Below are positions 22,579-36,866 of a DNA stretch of 53,707 bases, piece after piece; within the stretch, counting starts at the first letter, position 1; each line of letters starts with the position of its first letter. Position numbers and translations under genes: made by a program. The DNA lies in assembly GCA_002633005.1 (NCBI GenBank), contig NMRA01001111.1, positions 1 to 53,707 of the forward strand, read 5' to 3'. The DNA is from Phoronis australis (Eukaryota > Animalia > Phoronida). The notes below the pieces were generated by a model. That model was not told the origin of the DNA. It made no database searches and saw nothing but the letters and a program-made list of their open reading frames with translations.

Positions 22579-23090
22579 TACTGTATTCTCCCTAATAACC
22601 GCCCATACCCCTATAAGCGCCCCCCTCGCGTTTTCAGACTTCGTTAAAATAAGCACCCAATCCATGAACATGTCGGAAAAATTTCCAACAGTTTCTAATA
22701 TCATAAAAACTTCTTTCGTTATTTTGAAGAGGGATTGTTTGGTAGATCATAACTGGTGTTTTTAAAGCCAAATATGTGATAAAATGGTTACTTCGGACAG
22801 TGAATGCTTACACACCCTTCAACCGAAAAATAACTGTCAGACAGTCACGTATGCATCCAGACGGCAACTGATATGGGCCTTACCGAGACGATTGTCGAAT
22901 GTTTTTTCGCAGGTGAGACCGGGAAGTGCTGAATGAAACATGTTCTGCCTTACTGCTTGAGCTAATTTCTTTAGATACAGTGCACATCTAGCTCGTTAGA
23001 TTGCGCTCCAATACTCTGGCGAATAAACTCTAGTGACACGCACGCATTCGCTTACTCACACATGCAGACGAACTTCAAAACAAACGTCCA
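22579..23090 (+). mobile_element. Non-autonomous DNA transposon end (Tc1/mariner-pogo-like by TA-C(C/T)GTA terminus); second copy at 51670-52585
   Basis: TAATAACCGCCCAT.CCCCTAT..AAGCGCCCCC...GCGTTTTCAGACTT and GACAGTGAATGCTTACACACCCTT...GCAGACGAACTTCAAAACAAACGTC are shared with the second copy. Confidence 0.65.
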
Positions 23091-24427
23091 TACATGTCAG
23101 AATGTTTAGTTGTGCCCAACTAATCCCAACTTATATCAACTTATCCTGTCATCACCACTGATGCAAGCCTGTTGCTGACATCATGTTTGTTATCAAACTG
23201 CCCCTGCAGGTGGCACAGCGATTAGTGGGAATAGTTGAATTAGTTGAAATGCGTGATTGGTGTCTGTAACATTGAGCTTGTGGATGAATTTCATGTTGAT
23301 CGGATAGCTAGTGAGACTCTCATCGTGCGGACAAAGAGCCAAAAATGTGACAGCAACAAACCTGGCTTTTGCCAAATGGTAAGCTGGCAGTGTGGTTAAA
23401 CCACTCTGGTGGAATGCGTGTAGTTGCTGGTAAATACAGTCATTTAGATGAAAAAAGGTGGAAGCCTGCCCATCATGGTACAAAAGCTTTTATATCTCGG
23501 CTCCTCTTTTTACCTGTGACTTGATCTGCCAAAAAATTTTGGATCTTAAGGCCATTGTTTTGTTTTGTTGTTTTGTTTTGTTTTGTTTTGTTTCTTCCAA
23601 TGTATAATCCAGCATAATGAGAGCAGCACTGCAAACATTAGCTGAGTGAACAAATTAGAAAAGGGCATAAGGTTATCTGGGGAAATAAAAGGAAGTGCAT
23701 CGCCATGTTAGAACAACCCGCTGAAAACTCTGGATATAACACCATATATGAAGGTTATGCCAAACACTTGAGTACAATCTCTCCTTGAAATAATGCATGT
23801 GATAAAATGAGTTAAATACACTTGAATATTGTGTCCTTTTAAGCCTCGCATGTTTACATCAATGGAATTTGAAGATGATGTTTTGAAATCTCGTTAATTA
23901 TGTCAAAATTAGAGAACTATCACATTTGTTTACCCCAGTTCACAAAGGTCTGTTCACAATCCTTACAAATTGCTTTGGGTCTGCTAAATTATTAGACAGG
24001 TGCCCCATTTGTTCTGCCTCATCCCAGCATGTCTGACAGGTTCCATTTGACCTCTGGTACCTTGAAAGTCTCATTGGTGAATAATGGGGTGATCGGAAAA
24101 TTCCGTAGTACTTCTTTGAGTTGGAAGCTTGCTATGACATCTATGGCTTAAAAAAGTTTCCCTCTAGATTTGAAAGGTACTTATAGCTATGTACTTTTGG
24201 TGGTTTAGCCGGGGTTGACATGAAAATTGCAGAAAATCTTTGCAGATATGCCTTGCCTACTGAATTACATACTTGACGTTGTGAGAGAACTACGAGCCAA
24301 TTTTGAGTGCAGGAGAAGCCCAGCTGGGGGAGGAGGGTTAGCGTTATAGCAGAATTGAATTTTGACGTACACCGAATTATTGTGCAATAGAAAACAACAC
24401 TCTCATCTTGTACCGCCTACTTTGCAG

Positions 24428-24545
24428 TGATGGACTGGTGCGATTATCCAATCCTCACTTGGCTGAGATGCAGGAAGACTTCCTCTATCATCTTGCTTTG
24501 GGCACGAGCACTCACAACTTGAAGGACATGTTTGGAGATGTCAAG
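24428..24545 (+). CDS. UPP1: Uridine phosphorylase exon (first recognisable; start codon exon not found)
   Basis: TTGCAG acceptor, GT donor. Encodes DGLVRLSNPHLAEMQEDFLYHLALGTSTHNLKDMFGDVK. Confidence 0.92.
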
Positions 24546-24945
24546 GTATAATCTCATTCATCTTGTGTATTTCAATGTAATTAAGGTAATTGTTAACCTT
24601 CGTGGACTTGTAGACGTGAAATATTTACTTGCTAATTGCATGTGAAACAGCGGTTATTGTATGACTCTGCTGCGGAGTTGTGATTATTCACTGTGCCGTA
24701 CACAAACCGGAGAAATGTTTATTACCAACGAGTTACTAACAGGACAGATTGATCCGTTCTATATTGAATATTGGAGAATGAGAGAAAACCCTGACTTGGC
24801 ATGCCTGTACTTTAGAGGACTCACTGTCAAATGACTACCAAAGAATTGCTTCCAAACTCTGTATGTAACACTAGAGCAAGACACAACACACTGCAGTTCA
24901 TTTATTTGCCATTTATTCATTGAGATGGCTACATTGATTTTTCAG

Positions 24946-25107
24946 TTTGTGATTGTGGGTGGAAGTGCCAGTCGTATGCGCATGATGGCTGAAGAGCTTG
25001 TGGACATTGTCGGAGTGCAAGTTCCTGCTGGTATGACACTGCAGAATATTGCCAAAGGAAAAGGTCGATACGCCATCTACAAAGTAGGCCCAGTACTTAC
25101 AGTCAGC
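24946..25107 (+). CDS. UPP1: Uridine phosphorylase exon
   Basis: TTTCAG acceptor, GTAAGT donor. Encodes FVIVGGSASRM...GRYAIYKVGPVLTVS. Confidence 0.95.
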
Positions 25108-25230
25108 GTAAGTCAAAAGTGGGATTGAATTGATATTTTTTGTCATTGACAGTTTTGTAATGTGTCTCAAGGAACAATGGCGTGCAAGTTGCAGAAAACA
25201 ACTGCTGACCTGAATGTATACAATATGTAA

Positions 25231-27411
25231 CAGGGCTCGACGTTATTAAAATCGCCAGGTCGCATTTTGCGACCTAGCCAAAATCCCAGGTCGCATTTTC
25301 AAAATCCAGCTCGCATTCGTAAATGCCAGGTCGCAAAATTTTCCCGCCATTTTTACGCGCCAAAATAGATTTTTTAGATCATCGAGAAATTGCTCTTACT
25401 TGCAGCGTTAAATACTCACAAATTTCGGATCTCAAAATTGTCTTCATTCATGCAGGTGCCTTACTGTTCTTCACGACCGCCATTGAAAGACTCTAGAGCG
25501 CAAGGCAAGTTGCCGACGTGAAAGTTGAATCAGTGCTCTCTAACTGACTTGTGCATTCGAGTAGCTAAACTTGCGATATGAAAAGGGAGAAAATGCCCCT
25601 TGAAAAAGTATCCGGGATATTTTTAGATCTGGCCTGCAACTGGTTGTCATCAAAGTCGTTAACGATTCAAACTAACTCGGGTAATGGCGAGTTTGCTCCG
25701 CAATACCTTCCAAGTACGGGAAAAATAGGTCAGTCACAAAACGACACGCATGTCACTAGTGTTAACTTTCTTTCCGAGGCATAAAACAAAGCCAGGATTT
25801 GGTTTTTACATATTGTGAAAAGACGTTTTTGAAAACTGAAGTTGTGTAAAATGAAAGTGACACACCATATAAGCTGCGTGACAATTTTAAATCACACGCG
25901 GTCGTTTGTAGTGCGCTATGATGAGCGCTAGCTTGAACCATGGGCGCTTCATTGGAAATTCTCAAAAAAAATTAAAGGGGGTACTTTTAATAGATCAGTG
26001 GGCGCTTATTATGAAACACTTTAAAGGTAGGGAGTAAGCTTGTGCGTGAGCATAGTCGTTAACCTCAGTGTTTGCGGTAATAAGATATTAAAACGCTGCA
26101 ATGGTAAGAAACGTTATAATAATACGATTTTGCGAGGCAAACTCCATCTCGTAGGGGTGACTTCTGGATATCGTTACCACCTACATTGTACCCTTTTTAG
26201 CCACCCGGAATGATTTTGTTTTTAACTGCCCGCTTCAGCCGGAACAAGGTTGTTTCTATAGGAGTCTGAACATTTTACGGCGACGGTGGTTCGGGGAGCG
26301 AAAAGTTGCCGGAGGGGGGGGGGTTATAAAAAGAAGAATGAAACGTTCGCTAACTTGAACCACAATTTCGCATCTAGTGCCAGTTTAGTTGCAATAACTG
26401 GCTACGGGCATAGAATACAGGATTTACAGAACATCGACCTCGGGAAACATCGGAGCAGGAAAACGTCAGTTCTCGGGGTTATATCGGTCCCGGTACATCG
26501 GGTCTTTTATAACCGCTGGGAATCTGAGTTTATTTTCAAATAAACCAGAGCCAAGCCGGTATACTCTTCATTTAGGGCAGTCGCTGTTCTTTGAAGTGGT
26601 GCGCGCGCGTGAGTTCACGCACTTGAATCGCTGGAGTATGCCTACACTTTACGTTGGCAACGAACGGGTGAAAGACAAATCATATTTCGCGCAGGTAGCC
26701 CCAGAAACAAGTAAGGGGTTAGACAATTTCTTGGCCAGTGGAAGTAAAGACGTGACCGTCGTTTGGCGATTAATAAGGTTGTCATTTTCACTTTGGCTGT
26801 CTAATACGATAAAAAGCAGAAGCACATCTCAGTCTAAGTCACGATTGTGTGCCGGGGCCGCTTGCGCGCTAACGGTGCCGCAGTGCGGTATCAGGGATAT
26901 TGTCGTGGATATTTGGTACATGTAATAAGGATATCTTATGTGAAACATAAACATTTTTGTCCACCACAAAGTTTGGTAAGTTAATCGCTTAAGAATTAGT
27001 AGAAACACCGTTGTTTTGTGAAGTTTTATCACCTGTTAAGCAGTGGCCCGAAACTTTCTTCGGCGAATCCGGGAATTTACAAAAGTGGCCGAAAGAGTTA
27101 GCCAATGATACGCGTCGAAGATCGATACTGCATATCCCATGTTCACGCGACTTGCTTACAAGTCATCGGGAGGGCTGTCCCCGTTAGTGTTGTTTTGAAC
27201 TTGGATTTGGCAGCGACCAAATAACGGTCGGATTAACAAGAGCTGCTTTGTATTTGCCAGGTATCTGTTGAGAAATGTAAAAACTCAGCTCGCATTCGTT
27301 GGAAATTCCAGGTCGCATTTTGCGACTTGATACGAGCTGACAAAAATCTCAGCTCGCATTTCCAAATTTCAGGTCGCAAATGCGACCTGCAGCTCGTTAT
27401 GTCGAGCCCTG
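25231..27411 (+). mobile_element. Non-autonomous hAT-like DNA transposon, 2181 bp, 5-bp TSD
   Basis: TIR CAGGGCTCGAC / GTCGAGCCCTG. TSD TGTAA at 25226-25230 and 27412-27416. Clusters of AG(G/C)TCGCATT subterminal repeats. No transposase ORF. Confidence 0.88.
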
Positions 27412-28355
27412 TGTAAGCAGTAAAAGATGTATTTTACCTCGTGTAGCTGACAAAGAACAAAAATCTAATTTGGCCCTTTGCTCTCATAAAATCGGTCCCT
27501 TGATATTCCTTACCATAATATGATTCAATTTGCGTCACCAGTTACAACATCGAAACCATTAGAGACTCAAGAGAATGTTTCAACATTTATTAGGGTTGGC
27601 CAATCCAAAAACTGAAGATTTGAAAATGCATGACTTGAGTTGCTGGCTCATTTGACATTATTTTAAAATCGAATGAGCATGGTGATGTTTTAAATGCCAA
27701 AGCACTTTGACAGCTAAACAGTGGCGAAATGCAGCTTTAAACATGATTGGATGCTGTATGAGTACAGACCTTGTCATTGAATGTCTTGTCTCATCGCTGT
27801 GTCTTGTATTGGGAGTACACCCTAGATGTGTTCGTCACGGCAAGATGTGCTTCAAAGTGGCTGCGATAAAAATTATCCAATTTGGCAGACTCTAGAATTT
27901 GTGTCATGGACAATCGTATTTCTCAAATTTTGGTCAGTGTGTTTTCAATCTACAGAGTATGTGATTTTGCCGTCTTCCAGTGATTCTTGAATTGGGGACA
28001 AACTCCGATCTTAAGCAAAATAATTAATTTTTCACTATCTCAAATTGGAGACTCACGTTTGGCTGCCATAGTATATTTTTAATTCAGACCACTCTCCGCT
28101 GTAGACTGGTCTCAACTTTTCCTTACTCAGATGAAGAATAATGTCCAGGCTATGGAAGAACTGGCTGTTCAGTAGTACCCAATACCATGCTCTTGACACC
28201 AAGCCGACTCATCAAACATGACCTTGCAGAATAATGAACTCTCAGTGCCTCTTATTCGAGTGAGGAACAAGATCAAGTCGCGTTCTTTATGGAACTGTTC
28301 TTAATCACAAGTCACTTTCAGTCATTGTGTTTCAAAACTATGTACTCGTGTTTAT

Positions 28356-28750
<395 letters not shown>

Positions 28751-29275
28751 TAATCAAGACCCTGGTTTTACGCAAACTGATTTTCCGCAAGTACACAGAT
28801 TTCACGGAATCTGACTTCTTTTTCAGAGATGATTTTCGAAACAGAATTTAGATGTTTCAGTAGCAGAAACGATAATTCCAATATTTTTGATTTTTGATTT
28901 CCAAAAAAAATTGAGTATAATTATCAAATTCTACGATTCTGGTCATATGTTGATCACTGGTCGTTTTGCAACTGACATGTTCTGGTAGTTGCTCATTCTT
29001 TCTGAATGTGGCGCTGTTCTATTTCTGGTGTTGAGAAACAATAAACATGATGTGCAGCAAGCTATTGGTAAAAGAGGCCTGTGACATGAGTCAATGGGGA
29101 AAAGAAGGCAATTCACAGGTCATTAGGATGTTATTTATCACTTTAAAATAGTGAAATGGAATTTGCAAATTTACCTATTGGCATAATTATATATGTACTC
29201 TGTGTTCTCCACATCTGAAAATCTAAACAGGTCGCACGCGTAAAAACTGCAACGTTCCGGAGCCGCAGGGCGGTC

Positions 29276-30799
29276 AATGTTCTCCATATGCTAAAATGTG
29301 CTCCTAATTTTTACCATTTTAATAGTAATGCACAGTAGTGCAACCAAATAACTGTGTTTATTCAACTTTTTATTCATTTGTATTGCTGATGTCTGACGTT
29401 GTTCACAAAAATTCGGTTTGTACTGTTCGTGACACGGATATTTGGGATTTGTTGACCGAGCCCGGCAATATCACCACCAACCGGTCCTGGATTATCTGTC
29501 GTATCTGCATCTGAGTCAACGTCAGTATCTGAAACATCTCTCGGTTTTTAAAATAATCCTTAGTCTTAGTAGTACTTCGCCTTCCCGCGGCAGACGACAT
29601 TTCTTAGTATCTAGAATGCGCATGTCAATCGGTAACGGAAGCCAGGATAGAATTCACTAATGTAAGGACCACGCGAGATATTACCGTGTGACTTCAATGA
29701 GAGCACGTGACTCTGGGTACAATTTCTCAGTGCGAGACATATATTTTGAACCTTACTCAGTGACGTCATCTGCTGTCCCAAATCTGGGAATACTCCCCCG
29801 AAATCGCAAACGTCACGCACGTCCACCGAAGTTGAGTTAGCGAAAGCTTGGCAGATTTTTAGAGGGAGTATGCGCCACAGGTGTAATGTTCATGCTGCTT
29901 ACGAAACTCCTTATAAGGCAACGTGATGAACTCGGTCATTCTCAATGGTCTGTGGCACCAAAAGTAACCAATAATATTCATCTACGTGAGAAATACACAA
30001 ACAACAACCAATGAGAACCAATGAGAACCATCAAAAGCAGTTTCATGCAAATGTTTATTGAGACAGGTAGCGGTAAAGTATGTGTCGTGTGGCCCACCCA
30101 ATATTGAAAAATGTGCTACAAAATTCTGGCCTCCCAGAAGACGGCCGTAGTCTAAACTGCTGTGCAGCTGTGTCTTTGCTGACAACATATACTTCGCTGA
30201 CAACATATACTTTGCAGAACTTACCACCAAGTTTTAACTATTTTCAATGGGTGATATGTTTAGTTGTCTCAGCCGAACACAAAAAGGTGACTTCAAAAGC
30301 GAATAGGCGTAGCGTAGGCCTAACGATCAACGACTTTCGTGCTGGACTGCACCTCCAGTGAACAGGTAGTGGATTAGGCGTATAGGTACCACTGGGCCTT
30401 TGTTTAAATTCAATTGCCTATAACTAGTTGTTCCAGATGAATTAAATAGATAACTGAGAGATTATTTACACGCCGCGTTACACCGATAAATAGACTAGCT
30501 GCCCAGTCTGCCGCTTGAGTGAGACCGGTGATTAGGCTGTCCACAAATGACCACTGTGGCCTTTATTCATTTTCAATGGGCTACGGCCAGTTGCTGTCAA
30601 GCGTGATTTGAACCAGTGAAGACCTTATTAATGACAACGACGCCTTTTTTACAAAGTAGTCCCTATATGTTTAAACTGGTCGCGCGATTTTTAAACAGGA
30701 GGCGGGATTTTTAAACAGGACGCAGGACATTTAAACAGGACACGCTTTCAGCCAAACAGGACGCTGCGGCATGTTAAAAGTGGTCGTGGAGAACATTAC
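29276..30799. mobile_element. Possible non-autonomous DNA transposon
   Basis: CAATGTTCTCCA / TGGAGAACATTA inverted ends and TTTAAACAGGA subterminal repeats at 30670-30760. No clean TSD. Confidence 0.4.
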
Positions 30800-32389
30800 T
30801 AAAACTGATTTCTCTGTTTGTCAGTCACAGTGTCAGCCTTTGTTGTGACAAGTTTCTTGTTAATAAAACTGAACAGCACGTCTGCTTTTGGACATGCAAA
30901 ATGAATGTTGTGAACACGCAAATGTTAGAAACCAGATTCAGCTACGGGTGTATGTAGCATTGATTTGTTACATTTAATTACATTTCTCTGTAAGGTGCAG
31001 GTATGGTCATATCCCCACAGTATTGTCTTGTAACAATGCAGTTACCTTCAGTTTCAATACCGTCTTTAGCCAAGACTGAATAAGAAGCAAAATGTCCAGT
31101 CCTGAACCTTAATTGAAATAGATTTTCGTGTACTGCTGCCACCTGTGCTTTTGACATGCCATTGTGCAGGAGTGCATTCACAGTGAGCTAGCTGCATTTT
31201 GTGAGATGTAGTGTATGTAACCTGTTGAATTGGGATCTTGGGAATATAGGTCAAGGCTTTGATGCTCTTTGGCAGCCTCTGTTTTCGGGAATTGGTTTCA
31301 TGCACTAAAAATGGGCACTATTCAACGATAACCCAGTTCTCAAAGTGAGGGACAAGAGCTACTGTCACCAACTGTGAAGTTTCCTGTGGTTTCTGTTTTT
31401 CCATGTTTTCTCACTTTTTAATTCAAATGTGTTTGGTAATGTTGTATTTTAAACCACTTGTACTGATTAATGCAGGTTTTTAGTTGCATATGTGTTTTAA
31501 AGTTATAACTTATGTCAATGTAGACGATGACACAATGTGAACTGTGAATTGGTGCCTTTTGAATTTTAATTCCCTACAAGAAAGTATCTTTTTAGTTTAG
31601 GAACGTCACTTATTAAATGACTGTGTTTATTTTTGCTGCAGGACTCAGCAGAAGGATTTCATAATTAAAAAACCAAAAGCATTAAAGTATTTCCCACAAT
31701 TTCTGAAATTTATTCACACTTGAAGTGAATTTCGTATTTTACCCTGTGCATTTACTGAAGCTACGGTAATTCTTCATATACTGTGTAATTCTTCATATAT
31801 TTTAACTCGCAATATGGACGACAGGTGGAATTTTAGTTTGTCATAGCTTTCTGTACTGTGTAGATGTCATTGAACAGTTTTAAGTTTCTATTATTTGTGT
31901 CAAAGTAACATGCCTTTGAAGTAAGAGCATTGCTGTAGGATTGATCTTATTACAAATAATCTTAATTTAATTTGATTTTAATCTCCATAAATTCGTGTAT
32001 TGGATGAAGCTAAATCTATTGGCCATAGTTACCATGAACAGTTAAGATAAAAATTCTTCAGTTTGATTGAAAATAATTATCATTTTTCTATCTTTAAAGG
32101 TCTTACTTTGTTGAGAACGCTGAAAATTTTACCAAATGTAAGGCGACAGATGAACCTTATTAACGAAAGCTGACAACTTAAAATTTTGAGATAAGTCTTT
32201 GTTTGTAGTGTTGAAAAATTTGACTTAATGAAAGTCTATTAGTCTGTCAAACTGTGTGCGCAACTTGAGAATTTTTGCCGTGATTTGAAATTTAACTACT
32301 AAAACAAGGGCGGTTTATTTTCAAAACAAAAATGTTTATTACTTCCCAATTTTCAATGCCTTTATGGTTGTTTATACTTGTGTCTACAG

Positions 32390-32460
32390 GCCTTCCCCCT
32401 GGGAGTGTTGTGATCACTGAAGAAGCCCTGGATCCAATGCTGAGACCTGTACATGAAGTG
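32390..32460 (+). CDS. UPP1: Uridine phosphorylase exon
   Basis: CTACAG acceptor, GTGAGA donor. Encodes LPPGSVVITEEALDPMLRPVHEV. Confidence 0.92.
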
Positions 32461-33427
32461 GTGAGATCTACTGTTAAAATTAACCCTAATTTACGTGGAG
32501 CTGTTGAACATTGTAATTAAAACTGTCCTTGAACTATTTTGATGTTATTTATGATGTTTTGGATTACTCAGGTAGTCATAGTAATACTTTATCAACATAA
32601 AAAGACATGATTTAATCATTCGAAGATAGGCTCGTAAAACAATATAACATTATGAAGTAGGCTTCATTACTTTGAGCACATTGAAAAAGTATGAAAGGCC
32701 GAAAGTAGTTGTACTGAATTTGGGTCTGAATAGAACCCTATATAAGGATTCTGGTGGCGATTTGTAGGTCGATAAGTCTTAACTGTTCAATACCTTTCAC
32801 AATTTATGACTTTGGTGTGTGTTTTATGTGCTTCGGAATGGTGCTTAAACATTGTAGGTACAAAATTGAAAATGTTTTACTGTTCAAGTAACTCTCCTCT
32901 TATGCATAGCTTTTGAAAAGTTAGGCTGCTGCCGTATGACTTGGGTTGGACAACTCATTTAAAAGAAAAAATATATCGCGTTTCACTAGGTTTTTGTGTC
33001 AACGTTGCTATTCACTGATTTGAGTTTGATAACCGCAGCTGCAGGAAATAATACTGAGAACAACCTCCCGTTCAGTAACGCTAGGAACTTGCTAAAAAGC
33101 AAGACTTCGCAAGATTACGCGAGAGATTGTCGTGTATTTTAAGTGAGAGCTCGTGACTATCTAGATTTTAGCTATGTCCTAGTGTTACTGAATGCACGCC
33201 AGGGCTGTATGAGTGCACAGCATTCTGGGTAATTACCTACGGGTGGATCTAAGATGTTGTAAGGGGCATAGTTGCAATTTGTGAAGGAAAGTGTTCGCGT
33301 TACACCTACAAGTGATTCGTAGGACAAGGATTGTTTTTTGTCCACATAAAGAAGGGTAACAGACACTTGATCTTCTTTCATTCATAATTGTCAAATAGTT
33401 TTGCTGCAACACATTCAAATATTTTAG

Positions 33428-33566
33428 GTTAGTCTGTGTAAAGTCATTTCACGTCCTGCAATTCTGGACCAAGATCTTGTAGAAGAACTGATGAATCTGT
33501 CTGATCCATCTGATGGATTTGAGGTTGTGAAAGGCAAGACAATGTGTTCGCACGACTTCTATGAAG
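33428..33566 (+). CDS. UPP1: Uridine phosphorylase exon (absent from the ORF track)
   Basis: TTTTAG acceptor, GTATGT donor. Encodes VSLCKVISRPAILDQDLVEELMNLSDPSDGFEVVKGKTMCSHDFYEG. Confidence 0.92.
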
Positions 33567-33777
33567 GTATGTTAAGTTACTGTCTCTTGAATTGGATGTG
33601 TGCTCAGTTTCAAGATGTGAAGGAGAATTCTCACAATCTTTGTCAGTACTTATAACTCCTGCTAATTTCTTTCCTGCACCACTTAGAATATGCTTCACGT
33701 AATGAATACCCAAGAGGCACACTATTACGTATTCGATCCTTTCACGTTCCTTGCAATTCTTTAAACATAGTCCGTGC

Positions 33778-34096
33778 CGTTGTTATAAATGTCAGTTGAA
33801 ACCTGATGTGTTTTTCTGCATGATCGTCATTTTTGAACTCCAGATAACGATGAATCTCTCCTTCATATTCTGCACTCCTTGAGCTCAAACTGTAGCATCC
33901 TGTTTCTGTAGGGCATCGATTGACTCCACATAGTCAGTGCCATCGTTATAAATGTCATTTAAAACCTGAACGTGTTTTTTTTTGCATCGTCGTTATTTTT
34001 TGAACTCCAGGTAACGATGAATCTCACTTTCATATTCTGCACTCCTTGAGTTCAAACTGTAGCGTCCTGTTTCTGTAGTGAATCGATTGACTCCCA
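33778..34096. repeat. Diverged tandem duplication of ~165 bp
   Basis: GTTATAAATGTCA...TTCATATTCTGCACTCCTTGAG.TCAAACTGTAGC.TCCTGTTTCTGTAG...ATCGATTGACTCC occurs twice. Confidence 0.85.
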
Positions 34097-36062
34097 TCAG
34101 TTTACTTTGTACTCTCTTAATAAATTTTCTATGTTCTAGAGAGCCGAGATACACTTTCTTGTTGTGCAATGTCAGCCATAAAATGCATTGCTAGCTTAAT
34201 ATTCACGGTTTCAGCCTGACTCTGAGCTAGATCTCCTGAGACTGGAAATATTTGTTGAATCCCTCAGAACTACCCTGTCTCTTCCAGGGTTTGAGTTCTG
34301 ATTTCTTCTCCATTATTATCATTTTCATCTTTTATTTTTTTTTTATTTAACACAAAAGTGTTTTTCATTTTTATGCTGTGTTTATCAAAGGCAACAATGT
34401 CACTAATCATTCAGTTGTTTGTATTTAGTAGCAGAAGACTTTTCAGCATCCATTGTTGTTGACTGCAGTAGAAGCTGATGAAACAAGAACAACAGTTGTG
34501 ATAAACTACATTTTCTACATAAAAAAGCAGGCATACGAGACAGATTTGAAATTCTGCAGTAAATATTCACCCCACGACAAAAGCCATTTTCTAAAGGAAG
34601 TCAAGTGACTTTACTAATTATGCAAGAATTTTTACCTTGAGATTTCTCAGTTTAGACACCATGTGACTATCACGGGAAAGAAGGGGGTTGAGAATGTCAC
34701 TTATCTGCGGCACTTCTGTACAGGAAGCAGGTCATACAGAATCCACCAGTTCCTATTTAACTGTTTCTTTACGCAAAACAACGTTGTGGCTTTTTCAAGT
34801 GTCAAGGCAATGATACCCCAGTGTGTGCCATAACATCGTGCAAGAGTCAGGGTGGCTTAAGAAAGAAGTGGTCAATAGGGAGGTCAAATATGCATGTTCC
34901 GTGTTACTGTGAATACTCATGTGTACGTTGCAGTGCAAGCCCAAGAGAAATTAGTGCTTCACTCTTCACAATACATCCTGTAAGGCATGGAACAATGTGA
35001 TCGCACACAACTTGCACTGACACACAATTTGTGTTTTGCAAACTTTGTCATTTTAACGAATCCGTAGACTTGTTTTGCACCGTATCCGTGCACTTTTGAC
35101 TCATTATTTGTGCACTATGTGTGTCAGAAATTGGTCGCTATGACATGCTTATGACACTCAAATACTCGCAAAAGTGGTGTTCTGTACACACCTCCATCAT
35201 GGCAAATGCGCGTCATACTCGCGGAGTTATCCGTTGTGTTACTTAAAAGTCATGTATGTCATGCCTTCTTACTATTTGTTCTTGGACTGGCATGTACTGA
35301 ATATTTTAGCATATGCGGGAAATACTCAAGGTCTCATTTGATCAGGGCACTACGTACACAGATGGGATAGTAAGGTTTTATCATTTTTGTCTGCTTGTGG
35401 TTGCTGCTGCTGTAGACCAATTTGTGGATATTTCTGCTCAAGGCTGAGGCAGTTAATCTGGAAGGAATGTCTCCAGTTCTCCGTGGGTGCCAGCAAATAG
35501 TCCTAAAGAAGAGCAGTGCAGTCCTACACTGTTTCGGGATGTGGTTCTGTTAAATTTCTCTGTCCCATACTTGTGATCAGTCTTGGTCCCCATCTGGAGT
35601 CCAACTGCCTAGAGGTCACGGGTCAGGATAAGCAACAGATGAAGTTTTTGAGAGGGTGGCTGAGGGACATCTGGATATCTGTTCTCTCCCTAGGGACTGG
35701 CCATCCTTGTCACTTGTATCACAATTTCTGCAGGAATGGCACTGGCGAACTGGAGGTACAAATACAATAAGTTACACTAGAAACAGTCCTGCATTATAAG
35801 ATGAACACAAAGCCTCAATGTAATACAAAGACAAATAATGTAGATATTACTATCCTCACTGGCAGTTGTTTTCCCTCTGATCATATAGGGATAAGAAACT
35901 GCTTGTTGACCCCATTTCGTAGCCTTTGACATATCTCTTATGCTGCTCTGCCCCATTTCGACTTCTTTCTGTGATTTTATCCACTCTGGTCCTCGTGTTC
36001 TTATACATTTTCTTTCATTGACCGCCTGTGGCAGAAATATTGCGTTGCTCTCCCCAATTCTT

Positions 36063-36317
36063 GGGCCAGTCCCAAGAAACTGACTTATGTTCTGTTCTTT
36101 TTTGACATAAGTCTAAGATTTGTCTCAACCTCCAAACTTTGAAAGTTCCACATCGGTTAAGTTAGTCAACAATATGGCAAAAATTAGTAAAAAAACCTAT
36201 AAGTTAAACTTACGATTTCTTTCTTGAAACGGACTTGAGACAAATTTTAGTTTTTCTGGAAATTGATTAAAACTTAAGATTTGTCTTAGCTAAGTTAGTT
36301 TTCCTGGAACGGGCGCC
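36063..36317. mobile_element. Degenerate MITE (palindromic; PIF/Harbinger-like GGGCC end)
   Basis: GGGCCAGTCCCAAGAAACTGACTTA versus TAAGTTAGTTTTCCTGGAACGGGCGCC. Internal ATTTGTCTCAA / TTGAGACAAAT inversion. Confidence 0.5.
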
Positions 36318-36650
36318 TGTTCCTTAACTGGAATTTTTCATCTATATTCCACAAGTCCTTTCGGTTCTTCTCGTGAAGTTGGGGCAGTCCTTCTCAGAGC
36401 CTGCCAACTTTCTTGTATCCTCATCTGCCCATCTGTAGTCAGGCACATTTTTCTTGGAAACTAATTCTTGTCTTTTGTTTTGTGGGAAGTTCTTGTGTGT
36501 CACCATCAACATTTAAGGCAGATGATTGGGGAGTCTGGTTGCCCTCCTAGCTAGGCATCTTGATTGGCTCTGTTTCCGTCTCGGCTGAACTGTCTTCAGC
36601 TTCAAGACTCTTTTACAGTGGTCGTCTGCTCTTGGGGCTCTTCCTGGTGA

Positions 36651-36866
<216 letters not shown>

